From positions 340,752,001 through 340,816,000 of the forward strand of contig OZ024741.1 in assembly GCA_964016885.1 (NCBI GenBank): 64,000 nucleotides of DNA. The letters are read 5' to 3'. Below are positions 30,759 through 47,245 of the stretch, in pieces. The translations under genes were made by a program, and so were the position numbers. How positions within the stretch are numbered: position 1 is the first letter of the stretch; each line of letters opens with the position of its first letter. The notes beneath the pieces were generated by a model, which worked only from the letters and a program-made list of their open reading frames with translations, was not told the origin of the DNA and ran no database searches. Source of the DNA: Eledone cirrhosa (taxonomy: Eukaryota).

Positions 30759-30845
30759 GTAGATATCTACATATTCTGATGTGTATATATACCTATATGT
30801 ATATATATATACATATATGTATATATACATATATGTATATATACA

Positions 30846-30910
<65 letters not shown>

Positions 30911-30923
30911 GTATATATATATG

Positions 30924-31011
<88 letters not shown>

Positions 31012-31087
31012 TGTATGTATATATATGTATATATATGTATGTATATATATGTATATATATGTATGTATATATAGGTATATATATGTA

Positions 31088-31242
<155 letters not shown>

Positions 31243-31302
31243 ATAATATATATATATGTATATATATATATATTATATACATATATATGTATATATATAT
31301 AT

Positions 31303-32125
31303 GTAGTTGTATTTAATTTGTTGGAATTCCGACAAACATAAATGTGTATAACTGATATAGAGCACTCAACAAATTACTGGAGTAAATATTCCAAGATAAT
31401 AATAAATGGAAACTATATTTATAAAACCATATTTATTTTATTATATATATTTCAAGGGCGACCAAGCCATTCTTGGTGCGCTTTCATCAGATAAAATACA
31501 AAATGTGTTTTATAAATAACGACATACCCATGGAAATCACACCTTAACGGTCCGAAATTCGCTGGATAGTGGAAACTTATTAGAGGTAATTCAAAGTAAT
31601 GTGTGAATATGCAAATGAATGTATGAAAAATAGAAAAAAACAACCGTTTATTTAAATTACACTGGGGAAGGATGAGAAGAAAGAGAGAGCGAAAAAATTA
31701 CTGTATGATCATATAGGTATATAATATAAGAAATGTTAATAAGTGAAATTATAGGCATTGGAATATAGCGAACAATATGTAGAAAAAATTATAAGTGTAA
31801 TTATATTTTATATGTATTTTTAAATGTCAAATTTAGACAATGTTTACAAAAACTTAATAAATTCATAGGTATATTAATAGAGTTCTTACATTTAAGTATG
31901 AAGAAAATTTTCTCAACACACAATTTGCAAAATCTAGATAAAGCTGTGTTTTTGTAGGCAGGTGCTACTGAAATTACATCCCAAGTTAAAGAATAGTCTG
32001 TATTTTTAGATTTTAAGTTCCATATCAGGTTTGATAGAGAAGTTGAAGATGTTTTACCAATATTATTAAACGAGCATTTGTGATTATTGAAACGAGATTT
32101 GAAGTCTGTAGACCATAGTTAAATA
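31303..32125 (-). mobile_element. PLE 3' fragment: GIY-YIG C-terminus plus family B pLTR with HHR at 31436-31496
   Basis: Minus strand: STDFKSRFNNHKCSF..RFCKLCVEKIFFILK. HHR TTTTAT-CTGATGA-AAGCGCACCAAG..CTTGGTCGCCCTT-GAAA-TATATA-TA-ATAAAA. Confidence 0.88.
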
Positions 32126-32164
32126 TATGATCATTGGTTTTGACAGTGCATGTATGTATATATA

Positions 32165-32274
<110 letters not shown>

Positions 32275-32338
32275 TATATATATATATTTATATATATTAT
32301 ATATATTTATATATATTATATATATATATATATATTTA

Positions 32339-32428
<90 letters not shown>

Positions 32429-32471
32429 ATATATTTATATATATTATATATATATATATATTTATATATAT

Positions 32472-32502
<31 letters not shown>

Positions 32503-32703
32503 ATATTTATATATATTATATATATATATATGTATATAATATATTATATATATATATATTATATACATATATATATATATATGTATATAATATATTATAT
32601 ATATATATATTATATACATATATATATATATGTATATAATATATTATATATATATATATATATTATATACATATATACATATATATATTATATACATATA
32701 TAT

Positions 32704-35330
<2,627 letters not shown>

Positions 35331-35388
35331 ATATATATATATATTCATACATATATATACATATATATATACATACACACACACACAC

Positions 35389-35457
<69 letters not shown>

Positions 35458-35461
<4 letters not shown>

Positions 35462-36057
35462 TAAAAGAATAGAGGTGTAACACACAAGTTATGATATATT
35501 GGTAAACGGAATAGAAAATGCTGACAAATTGTTCACAGTGAAAAATAGTTTAATTAGGAATAAGTGATAATTAGTAATAGTTGTTTCTACTTTTGGCACA
35601 AGACCATCAATTACCCAGTGCATTACTGGTACTTTATTTTATCGACCCCGTAAGGATGAAAGGCAAAGTTAACCTCGGTGGGATTTGAACTCAGACCGCA
35701 AAGGGACGTAACTATGCTGGAAAGCATGGCGTCCGACCCTCTACCGATACTGCCAAGCCACCAATAGTATTGGTTAGTATTAAGTTTTGGTTTTAAGTTT
35801 TACCGGTTGCGCATTTCTAATGCTTTTCAAAAATAATTTTGAGATAGAGCGTCCGTAATGTTTGCTCTGATCAGAGCAAACATCACGGACGCTCTATCTC
35901 AAAATTATTTTTGAAAAGCATTAGAAATGCGCAACCGGTAAAACTTAAAACCAAAACTTAATACTAACCAATACTATTACTAATTATCACTTATTCCTAA
36001 TTAAACTATTTTTCACTGTGAACAATTTGTCAGCATTTTCTATTCCGTTTACCAATA
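35458..36057. mobile_element. Family J spacer-less fold-back (centre 35870/35871) with a SINE in the left arm only
   Basis: Near-perfect inverted arms. The SINE (~35582-35762, -) is flanked by an AATAGT duplication. Other family copies at 63270-63500 and ~39582. Confidence 0.85.
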
Positions 36058-36061
36058 TATA

Positions 36062-36121
<60 letters not shown>

Positions 36122-36122
<1 letters not shown>

Positions 36123-36500
36123 TAGCCGAATTACCCGCGCCTTGCTGCGTTTCACACATTTTTTTGTCAGATAATGATGATTGATTTTAAATCAGTGATA
36201 TAATTTATAGAGAAAATTCTGCATTTCAATATTACTCAATGTAAAATGTAATGCATGAAAAATTGGAAAACATTATATTTTGAAATATATCAAATCAAAA
36301 TTACATTATTAAATCTTATTTCATATAAGTCGAAGAGAAAATATTTCATTGGGGGTTTGTGCCCCGGGGAACCCTTTCTTTAAAATGAAATATACTTATC
36401 CAAGTAACCTGAATATATATGGTTATGGGGGTCTATCTCCAAAACCATGGGAGGAGTTCGTGAACAAACAAACAAACAGACTACAACTTTATATATATAC
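36122..36500 (-). mobile_element. Non-autonomous Helitron
   Basis: Minus strand 5' TATATATAAAAG..(GTTT)n and 3' CGCAGCAAGGCGCGGGTAATTCGG-CTAG|T. Confidence 0.7.
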
Positions 36501-36511
36501 ATATATACATA

Positions 36512-36666
36512 CCATATTTCCCGGCGTCGAAGACGCTACTTTTTTCCTAAAATAAGTCTCAAAAATCTACCATGTGTACCGGAGGCCGGAGGTTGTTTAT
36601 TATTTGTTTCAAGTCAAAACTAGGGTGCGTCCTCGAGGACGAAACGTCTTCGGCGCCGGGAAATAC

Positions 36667-36668
<2 letters not shown>
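36512..36668. mobile_element. Tc1/mariner-pogo-type MITE
   Basis: TIRs CC(A/G)TATTTCCCGGCG(T/C)CGAAGACG, with TA flanks. Confidence 0.8.
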
Positions 36669-36750
<82 letters not shown>

Positions 36751-36969
36751 ACCTAAGAGAACATTAGTCTACGACCTCTTTTATACCATAAACGTGGTTG
36801 TCTTTGCGCGTAATTGTTTTTCACCGCTCCTATTAATGACGTATTATTCGTTTTTTCCCGTTCTTTGCCAGCGAACGTTACCACGAACCAAAGTATCGTC
36901 TTCCTGTCTTCCTCCGGTTGCAACGTTTTTTGAAATATCCAGTTCTGCGTTTACAGATTGACTTTGTTA

Positions 36970-37018
36970 GTTTCAGAAGATCCCGTTAAGGGTGAAAGCA
37001 GCGATTCTTTGCTTAAAC
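36970..37018 (+). ncRNA. Hammerhead-like motif, U4A variant (family K)
   Basis: GTTT-CAGAAGA-TCCC(GTTAA)GGGT-GAAA-GCAG..TTGC-TT-AAAC, with distal helix I ACAGATTGA/TTAATCTGT. An identical copy is at 43074-43122. Confidence 0.65.
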
Positions 37019-37054
37019 TTTAATCTGTTATTTTAATAAATATATATATATATA

Positions 37055-37547
37055 TATATATATACATAAATGGCAATTTCTGTCTGTTTGTGAACCGAAA
37101 ACTCATAAACTACCAAACCGATCTTGATGACACTTGACACGTGTGTGGGGACTCATGCCCGCTTGATTTCTTACGTATATTTCATTTTAATCAAAGGGTT
37201 CCCCGGAGGCACAAACCCCCGCTGAAATGTTTTCCCTTCGATTTATATGAAATTTAAACCATAGGTAAATGACAAGATATGGTGCCTATTCACAAACATT
37301 TTGAATTGATATTTAAAAAAAAATTATTTACAAGAAACAAAATAAGAATAAGATTTAATGATGTAATCTTGATTTGATATATTACAAAAAATAATGCTTT
37401 CCAATTTTACATGCATTACATTTTACATTGAGTAATATTGAAATGCAGAGTTTTTCTCCATAAATTATATCACTGATTTAAAATCAATTATCATTTTCTT
37501 ATTAAAAAAATGTGTGAAACGCAGCAAGGCACGGGTCATTCGGCTAG
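37055..37547 (+). mobile_element. Non-autonomous Helitron, related to 36122-36500
   Basis: 5' ATACATAAATGG..CTGTCTGTTTG and 3' CGCAGCAAGGCACGGGTCATTCGG-CTAG|T. The 3' ~200 bp are shared with the minus-strand copy. Confidence 0.7.
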
Positions 37548-37589
37548 TATATATATACATATATATATGCATATATATGAAAAAGTATG

Positions 37590-37684
37590 ACCCCGACGGC
37601 AGAGCTCAAGCCATTTCGACGGCTATGTCTGGACTAAATTAGAATTTTAGCCTGATAAACAAATAGCCGAAATTGTCAAGGGGT
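37590..37684 (-). ncRNA. Hammerhead ribozyme, U3-A8 variant with ~55-nt helix II (family D)
   Basis: Minus strand: ACCCC-TTGACAA-TTTCGGCTAT..GGCTAAA..TTTAGTC..ATAGCCGTC-GAAA-TGGC..GCCG-TC-GGGGT. Confidence 0.72.
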
Positions 37685-37870
37685 ACTTCCTTATATGGGA
37701 AGGTTGTACTTGTCAAGAGGATTGGTCAAAATTTGTTGTAAACACAAATAAGTCTATCATGGCATTTGGTGGGAGGTAGGGGTGGCAGAACTTGCCTGTA
37801 GAACAATGAGAGAGTGAGTGGAGCCGGTCAAGCGTTGAAAGTGATATGTATACAGCAGATTCCTTAGAAT

Positions 37871-38024
<154 letters not shown>

Positions 38025-38301
38025 CATATATATACATATATATATATATAATACATTTCTGGTAACAATATCGGCCGCCATGCTATGCAGCATAGAGTTA
38101 CCTCCCTTTATGGTCTGAGTTCAAATCCCGCCGAGGTTAACTTTGCCTTTCATCCTGACAGGGTCGATAAAATAAAGTACCCGTAATACACTGGGATAAT
38201 TACTGGCCTTGTGCCAAAAGTAGAAACAAGTATAACAATATGACACTCGCCAAGTATAACAATATATATATACATATATATATACATATACATATATAGA
38301 T

Positions 38302-38360
<59 letters not shown>

Positions 38361-38361
38361 C

Positions 38362-39505
38362 ACAGTTCAAGAGTAACCAATCTTAAAGAGAGAGATGGAG
38401 ATAGGAGAGGAGAAGAGAGATTGGTGAATTAGTTAGAAACCAAAGCGTAAAGGCATGTGCTCAATGTGCAATATGCAATGGAAGGCAGCTAGGTGGCTGG
38501 GTTCATGCAGAGGTTAGGTGCACAGAGCTGGAAATATTCATTAGTTAAGCAAAACAAGACCACAGATTTCACAAGGAAGACATTATTAAAAGATTGTCAA
38601 CATATTTTAGTTTGATGTAAGGAATGTAGAGAATAATAATAATATTAATAATAATTGTTTCTACTTTTGGCACAAGGCCAGCATTTACCCAGTGCATTAC
38701 TGGTACTTTATTTTATCGACCCTGTAAGGATGAAAGGCAAAGTTAACCTCGGCGGGATTTGAACTCAGACCGCAAAGGGACGTAACTATGCTGGAAAGCA
38801 TGGCGTCCGACCCTCTACCTCTAATAATATTAATAATAATAATGTCCGTTTACAATTATTTCGCTACTCCATATAATATTTCTGCATCAAATGATTATAG
38901 ATCATTATTGATCTGGTTCAGTTGAAAATAATTAACATAGGTAAAAATAGAGCAACTCATCGGAACTTCAAAAGGAATATAAATTAAAATAAGGAAATAA
39001 TGTTACATGAATGTAATGTTCCATATATTGGTATTTCACTATGGTGTCCTGGGTATATCTATTGTCTGCCATAGTCGAGCAGTATTCTTCTGTCGAGTCT
39101 GCATTGTGTGAGATCTGCCTATTTTAATTTATATTCCTTTTGAAGTTCCGATGACCTACTCTATTTTTATGTTAATTATTTTCAACTGAACCAGATCAAT
39201 AATGATCTATAATCATTTGATCCAGAAATATTATATGGAGTAGCGAAACAATTGTAAACGGACATTATTGTTATTAATAATCCCGCCGAGGTTGACTTTG
39301 CCTTTCATCCTTACGGGGTCGATAAAATAAAGTACCAGTAATGTACTGGGTAATTGCTGGCCTTGTGCCTAAAGTAGAAACAATTATTATTAATATTATT
39401 ATTATTATTCTCTACATTCCTTACATCAAACTAAAATATATTGACAATCTTTTAATAATGTCTTCCTTGTGAAATTTGTGGTCTTGTTTTGCTTAACTAA
39501 TGAAT
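38362..39505. mobile_element. Family E fold-back with HHRs at 38848-38966 (-) and 39145-39259 (+), and a SINE in each arm
   Basis: 38535-38990 is inverted relative to 39120-39505. Both HHRs have the CCGATGA core and a long helix II. Confidence 0.85.
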
Positions 39506-39518
39506 ATATATATATGTA

Positions 39519-39584
<66 letters not shown>

Positions 39585-39769
39585 TAAAAGGAAAAGAAAA
39601 TCGTGACAAATTTTTCCCAGTGAAAAATAGTTTAATTGGGAATAAGTATAAATTAGTAATAAGTATTGAAATAGTCCTTATTCTTAGGTAGAGGTATGTC
39701 TTTTAGAGAATTCCATTATTTATCAATCAGTATTAATTTAAAGTGCTCACAGGTAAAGGAGCTATATAT

Positions 39770-41570
39770 ATGTAGGAGTTGTATTTAATTTGTTGGAATT
39801 CCGACTAACATAAAACTTTATAACTGATATAGAGCACTCAACAAATTACTGGAGTAAATATTCCAAGATAAATAAATGGACTCTACATTTATAAAACCAT
39901 ATTTATTTTATTATATATATTTCAAGGGCGACCAAGTCAATCTTGGTGCGCTTTCATCAGATAAAATACAAAATTTGTTTTATAAATAACGACATACCCA
40001 TGGAAATCACACCTTAACGGTTCCGAAATTCGCTGGATAGAGGAAACTTATTAGAGGTAATTCAAAGTTATGTGTGAATATGCAAATGAATGTATGAAAA
40101 ATTGAAAGAACAACCGTTTATTTAAATTACGCTGGGGAAGGATGAGAAGAAAGAGAGACCGAAAAAATTACTGTTATGAGATATATAGAGAGATAGAGAG
40201 AAGAGAGAAAGATAACAGAGGATGAACTCGTGTAACGTAAATAAGTTTATATTAATGTTACGTATATTTACTAATTATTTTGTTGTTAGAATTCTAATAT
40301 AATACAATATAATATTTACTTTTATAAGTATATAGAAAAAATAGATATATAGAAAAAATAAATATATATAAAAAATATAAGAATATATATTGAAAAATAA
40401 ATTGAGAATGAATAGATATAAAGTAGAAAATAGATAGAAAAAATATAGATAGAAGAATAGATATATGAGTGGATATATGGGTATATTCTGTTATAGATAA
40501 TGGTTTTACTAAGTTATGAGTGATACTGGTTTATATTTAGTGTAAGTAATTAAATTAACTGAGTTAATATGAATATTTATATGTTTCTAATATTTTAAAT
40601 TGGGAGGATACTGAAAACCCCAATTTTGTTTATTTATTAGTTAGTATGAGACCATTTTGACGAAGATATAAGTGTTGAAAGATATATTTAGCCAGAATTA
40701 GTTATTGGTTATAACACTAATATTAAATATTAAAAATTAAAAAATATTAAAAAATATTAAAAAATATTAACAAATATTAACAAATATAATATAAAAATAT
40801 TAAAAGTTCTGGAAAAAATTCTGGAAAAAAAAAAAAAAAAATTTCTAAGAATCTCAAAAGATACTCAAAAAACACTTTAAAAAAAAATACTTAAACTATT
40901 TAAAATGTTTAAAATTATTTAAAATTATTTAAAATTATTTAAAAATTTTTTTTAAATCTTTAAACAAAATAATTTTTTAAAGAAATAAGTAATTTTTAAA
41001 TAAATGAGATATTTTGAAGTAAAAATAAAAAATGAAAGATTTAAGCTGTAAAGAATAAAGATTAAGAAGTAAAAAATATTAAGCAGTAAACAATGAAGAT
41101 TTAAGAAATAAAAAATATTAAAATTAAAGTTAAAAAGAAAATTTTTTTAAAATTTATGATCATATATGTATATAATATAAGAAATTTTAATAAGTGAAAT
41201 TATAGGCATTGGAATATAGCGAACAATATGTAGAAAAATTATAAGTGTAATTATATTTTATATATATTTTTAAATGTTGAATTTAGGTGATGTTTACAGG
41301 AACTAAATAAATTCATACGTATATTAATAGAGTTCTTATATTTAAGTATGAAGAAAATTTCCTCAACACACAATTTGCAAAATCTAGATAAAGCTGTGTT
41401 TCTGAAGGCAGGTGTTATGAAATTACATCCCAAGTTAAAGAATAGTATTATTAGATTTTAAGTTCCATGTCAGGTTTGATAGAGAAGTTGAAGATTTTTT
41501 ACCAATATTATTAAACGAGCATTTATGATTATTGAAACGAGATTTGAAGTCTGTAGAAGTTGAACCTATA
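39770..41570 (-). mobile_element. PLE 3' fragment (GIY-YIG C-terminus, 3' UTR, family B pLTR with HHR at 39906-39966)
   Basis: YIGSTSTDFKSRFNNHKCS..FCKLCVEEIFFILKYKNSINIRMNLFSSCKH. The HHR matches the one at 31436. Confidence 0.9.
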
Positions 41571-41593
41571 TATATATATATATGTATATATAT

Positions 41594-42920
41594 ATCAAAG
41601 CTATATATTGAGTTAGGAACTCAAAATAGTCTCTTACAACAAAATAGCTCTAAGAAAGAGATATTTCCGAGCCGTATATTATAATTGAATATAAAAGAAA
41701 AACGAACACAGATATATACATATATGAGTTCAAATCGTAAGGGACGAGATTCGCTAAAGTGAAAAGAATACTAACTATAGATAATTGGGTTTGCTTGTCT
41801 CAATTTAAGAGAAAATCAAGAAAATAAATACAAGCCGGAATTGTGGTAACTACCGATCACCCAGACAACTTGGTGTTGTTTCACAATGTTAATTGGGAAT
41901 AGAATTACCAATTTATGCTCATCAGTGGGTGATAAATTAGTATCTTACACACTTCTAAGTATATTAAGGAATTGAACAGTGTGCCATATATAATAATAAT
42001 AATAGCGCACATGGCGTCCTAGCGCGTCTCACAAACCCACACGACTAAAAATAGCAGCCAGGTTTATTCGACATTTGAAATAGCTCAACAAATTAACGGA
42101 GCCGAATATATCAAAGGTATATATTGAGTTAGGAACTCAAAATAGTTAGGAACTCAAAAGAGATATTTCCGAGCCGTATATTATAAATGAATATAAAAGA
42201 AAAACGTAGTTACCACAATTCCGGTTTGTATTTATTTTCTTAATTTTTTTCTTAAATTGAGACAAGCAAACCCAATTTTCTATAGTTAGTATTCTTTTCA
42301 CTTTAGCGAATCTCGTCCCTTACGATTTGAACTCATATATGTATATATATGTGTTCGTTTTTCTTTTATATTCTATTATAATATACGGCTCGGAAATATC
42401 TCTTTCTTAGAGCTATTTTGTTGTAAAAGACTATTTTGAGTTCCTAACTCAATATATACCTTTGATATATTCGGCTCCGTTAATTTGTTGAGCTATTTCA
42501 TATGTCAAATAAACCTGGCTGCTATTTTTAGTCGTGTGGGTTTGTGTGACGCGCTCGGACGCCATGTGCGCTATTATTATTCTTGTGCCAAAAGTAGAAA
42601 CAATTATTATATATGGTACACTATTCAATTCCTTAATATACTTAGAAATGTCTAGGATACTAATTCATCAACCACTGATGAGCTTGAATTGGTAATTCTA
42701 TTCACAATTAACATTGCGAAACAGCACCAAGTTGTCTGGGTGATTGGTAGTTACCACAATTCCGGTTTGTATTTATTTTCTTGATTTTCTCTTAAATTGA
42801 GACAAGCAAACCCAATTGTCTATAGTTAGTATTCTTTTCATCTTAGCGAATCTGGTCCCTTACGATTTGAACTCATATATGTATATATCTGTGTTCGTTT
42901 TTCTTTTATATTCAATTATA
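41594..42920. mobile_element. Family L non-coding element: ~516-nt partial tandem monomers in a fold-back, HHRs at 41856-41933 (-) and 42667-42744 (+)
   Basis: ATCAAAG.TATATATTGAGTTAGGAACTC at 41594 and 42110; inversion ~42205. HHR ATCACCCA-CTGATGA-GC..GT/GC-GAAA-CAAC(ACCAA)GTTG-TC-TGGGTGAT. A fragment lies at ~391-520. Confidence 0.88.
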
Positions 42921-42951
42921 ATATGTATATGTATATATGTATATATTTATG

Positions 42952-43016
<65 letters not shown>

Positions 43017-43139
43017 ATAATAATAAAATTGAAGACTAAAATCGAGTTCTGCGTTTACAGATTGACTTTGTTAGTTTCAGAAGATCCCGTTAAGGGTGAA
43101 AGCAGCGATTCTTTGCTTAAACTTTAATCTGTTATTTTA

Positions 43140-43219
<80 letters not shown>

Positions 43220-43223
<4 letters not shown>

Positions 43224-43289
43224 TTAAGTCGTTTGGAAGCCTCGACAATGCAAATTTGCATTGTCGAGGCTTCCAAACGACTTAAAGAT
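43220..43289. repeat. Perfect 70-bp spacer-less palindrome abutting (TA)n
   Basis: ATCTTTAAGTCGTTTGGAAGCCTCGACAATGCAAA|TTTGCATTGTCGAGGCTTCCAAACGACTTAAAGAT. Confidence 0.92.
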
Positions 43290-43330
43290 ATTTACTTATT
43301 GTTCCACAATGCTTCAAGCAAACTTCAATA

Positions 43331-43377
<47 letters not shown>

Positions 43378-43484
43378 TAAAGGATTGTTGTCTAGATTAG
43401 ATACAATTATTAGTTGCGCCGTGCGTCATTGTCTTCGTCATTATACTCATTGACGAATGTATATGAGGGTGTTTGTGTGTTTAC

Positions 43485-43594
<110 letters not shown>

Positions 43595-44169
43595 GCTTAT
43601 AAGCATAATCACACAGAAATACCCACACAATATCACGTATAAAAAAGCTTTATATAGTAACGTGTATCGTTGAAAGCGATGGATGCGGAGCTGCATTGTA
43701 GCCGTAGTGGTGGTGGTGGTAGTAATGGAGAAAGAGTCATCTAACTAAGCAACCTGTCGCAATCTAATCTATTAATGCACGATTTCTTTCATTCATCATT
43801 TCCCCAGAGAACCTGATAATGTATAATAATGAACAGTAATCCACAACCAACCGTCAACAAATGTTGATCTTTATGGAAAGGCAATGATTGGAAAATGATG
43901 CGGAAATCCCGATCACCAATGACGACAATTTCAGTGGTATGGTGCTGCCAATTTCATCACGTGTCCTGTATTCTCTTACCGGATGAAATCATTAGAGTGC
44001 GGCCAGGCTGGGGCACCGCTTATTCATTTATTGGTTCTGACCATTATACTACGGCCAAGCTCTACCCTTTTTTTACTGGATTAAGCCATTAGACTGTTGT
44101 TATACTGGGACACTGTCTATTTTTTTTACAGGTTTTAGTCCTTAAACTGATGTCATACTAGGGAACAAC

Positions 44170-44640
44170 TTTCGTACAATTTTGAGTTCGATTCCTGGCG
44201 ACGCATTTGGCATTGACCAAGACACTGTATGTTACGTTACTCCAGTTCACTCTGTGGAAATAAAATTGAGTAGTACCTGTAATTTAAAAGACCAGTCTTC
44301 TTACACACTGTGTCACTGAACCTCCCTGAGAACTGCGTTAAGGCTACACGTGTCTGTAAAATGATCACACCTGTACTCTACCTGTAATTCAAAGGGCCAG
44401 TCATGTCACACATTGTGTCATATTGAATCTTCGTGAGAATTACGTGACTATGAAATGATCACACACGATATTGCAGGATAAAATGCGCCTATGATTCAAA
44501 GGAGCGGTTTTATCCCATAAGTTGTCACGTTGAGTGTCTCTGAGAACAACACAATGGGTACACGTGTCTTTAAAATGATCAACCAGTTAGACTTTAATTT
44601 CACAAGCGGGCTGGAACACTCGTCGTCGGAGCTGACGGTG
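44170..44640 (+). mobile_element. Old tRNA/CORE-like SINE with internally repeated 3' part (further pieces ~45945-46155)
   Basis: B box GAGTTCGATTCC, TTGACCAAGACAC..CCAGTTCACTC, and repeated TACCTGTAATT..AAGG.CCAG..TCACAC..TGTCA units. Confidence 0.55.
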
Positions 44641-45205
44641 TTCCAACTCTTTCACACACCCTCACCAAGCCCGTCATCAGCAAAAAGGACACTGGGGAGA
44701 GGAGGAGGGACTTCTCCCTTCCCTAATTTTCAATGGTGCACTCTCATATTAAAAAATAGAGTGATAAAGAAAATTCCCTGAAATACGTTCCTTGCGCAAA
44801 TGTGGCTATTCAGGATGTTCTGAATCCTCCAACCCCGAGAATCAAAGCCTGGCGACAGGCCGCGCACACACACTCATATGCTTACATGCACACACACTCA
44901 TATGCTCACACGCTCACACACACACACACACATACACGCATACACTCATATGCTCACATGCACACACACAATGCTGTAGCAGACAGTGAGACAAGTTGCC
45001 AATAAATTCACCTGAGATGTTAAACGTGCTTAATCAGTTTAAAAACAAAGGTTTCCTGTTCGTATCCATCAGCAATCTGCAGGTTAGCTGTCGGGGGAGT
45101 GTGTGTGTGTGTGTCTGTGTGTGTGTGTGAGAGAAAGAGAGAGAGAGAGAGAGAAAGAAATATAGAGAGAGATTGTGTGTATAGGTCTGTGTATAAGTAT
45201 GCGTA

Positions 45206-45236
<31 letters not shown>

Positions 45237-46246
45237 TTGTGTGTATAGGTCTGTTTATAAGTATGCGTATGTGTGTATGTGTGTATATGTGTGAGCATTC
45301 CATAGATTCGTACACATTGTCTCTCCTTTCCTCATCCCCCCCCCTTTCTCTCTCGTTCTCCTTTCCAACTTCATCGTCACCCAACTCTCAAATATCCACT
45401 AATACAGAGCTACTCAACAAACACACAATCATACGCGCATACATTCACTCCACATTGCCATATATGCACATAAGTACACAGATTCACACGCACTATCACA
45501 TTTATACACTCACTCACGCATACTCTTAATCACTACTTTCCCAAACACGCACCCACACACATGCAAACACATCTACACAAATAGTCTGTAAACATATTGT
45601 CTTTTCACTACTACCAAAACCATCATCAAACACCATCACCACTACCACCACCACTTGAACCACCACCACCACCACCACCGCTATTATCATCATCACACTA
45701 TTGCTACCCCACCAACAACAACAAACAGCAGCTATTCAGAGCAGTTGAGAAACTATTTTCAGCCACTTAGTTGGCACAATAGGTAGTAAATCAGCAGGTG
45801 ACCATATTTACAGAGAGACTCATTACTAAACGTCCTTTGGTTCGAATCGCAGGAGGTCACTGAAAATATTCACCTTTTAAGGTGAAGAATGTTTCTATAA
45901 GTATCAAGTGAAATTGAGTAGTCGAAAACTGTTTGGAAGGCCGCTGAATGGACTATACCTGTAATTTAAGGGTCCAGCCTTGTCACACACTGTATCATGC
46001 TGAATCTCCCTGAGAACTACGTTAAGAATACACTGTAATGAAAAATGGAATATACCTGTAATTTGAAGGTCCAGCCTTGTCACACACTGTGTCAAGCAGT
46101 CTCGCTGAGAACAATGTAAGACTACTCGTGTCTATGGAATGGCCAGCTATTTGCAGTATAATATGTGTGTTTATGTATGTATGTATGTATGTATGTATGT
46201 ATGTATGTATGTATGTATGTATGTATGTATGTACGTATGTATGTAT

Positions 46247-46800
46247 GTCGGGTCACTCTGGAGTGCTACTGGTAACATGTAACCCAGTACAGCCTGTCGC
46301 ATGGTCGGGTCGTCGGCGACGAAACCGGCGACCCCACCAAGTTTACTTGGTGAGAAGGGTAATTTTGGACACCCTGCAGGACAAAAAACAAAACCTGACA
46401 AAGGGCTGAAGAGCTCATAAGAGTCAACGGCCATCCAAAAGTGTGTAAATATGTATATGCACATGTTCATATGTATGTATATGTATGTACATGGGTGCAT
46501 GTGTATGTATATGTGCGGGGACACAGAAATAGTCGGGCTGGACACCCGATCGTGCGGTTAAACCACTGGGAGTGAAGGACCCCTAGCCTTTGTCAGGGCA
46601 TTCTTCTAGGAGAAGGCAACTCAGGAAACTAGGATAACTCCGATATAAAACCTGCGGCTCAGTAGTTACCAATGATGTTGATCTTTTCTTCTTTTCGGGT
46701 TATAGCTACTGTCGCTCAGAGAGTGGGATTGGCTCAGTGCACAGTCTTTCCTCACTTTAAAAAATATCTTCACGCACAGGCATTGCACGACAGAATTAAT
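46247..46800 (+). mobile_element. Interspersed non-coding repeat resembling an RTE-type 5' region (copies at 49230-49815 and 49915-50240)
   Basis: Three homologous copies. The CTAGGAGAAGG(C/A)AACTC...AAACC motif is recalled from RTE 5' UTRs. Confidence 0.6.
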
Positions 46801-46922
46801 TAATAATTATTAATAATGGTATATCGTGCAATGGCCATACACGATAACGAGGGGGCAGCCATCATGTATGTATGAGCATATCTATGACTGCTTTGTAAAT
46901 ATATGTGTATGTATGTGTGTGC

Positions 46923-46962
<40 letters not shown>

Positions 46963-46964
<2 letters not shown>

Positions 46965-47245
46965 TCTTCTTCGGCTGACTTTACACTCGCAAATATTCAG
47001 CACGTCCTCTCCAATCATCCCGGTCGCGCATGACATTTCTCAGTTCATCGATCTTATCAATGTTGGCATCTCTCAGCAGAGTATCAATGAACGAGACGGC
47101 CTGTCTTCCCACGCTTCTTCGTCCAACCGCCGGTTTCCAGAGCACAAGTTGTGATGCTATCTCTTGTGGATGACAGATGCAGTGCCCAGCCAGTTTCATT
47201 CGTCTGCAGGCAACTATTTTTGAGACTGGTGGTAGGGATCTGAAT
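46963..47245 (-). mobile_element. 3' fragment of an RTE-X-like LINE with (GAA)n tail running into (TA)n
   Basis: ORF MKLAGHCICHPQEIASQLVLWKP..GR..MRDRDDWR is homologous to the C-terminus of the 21923 ORF. Confidence 0.8.

Noticed and set aside
43700-45900. Host gene exons in the less repetitive stretch
   Set aside because: I saw no ORF with recognisable protein features, and the segments resolve into SINE remnants and simple repeats. Small exons cannot be excluded without RNA-seq.
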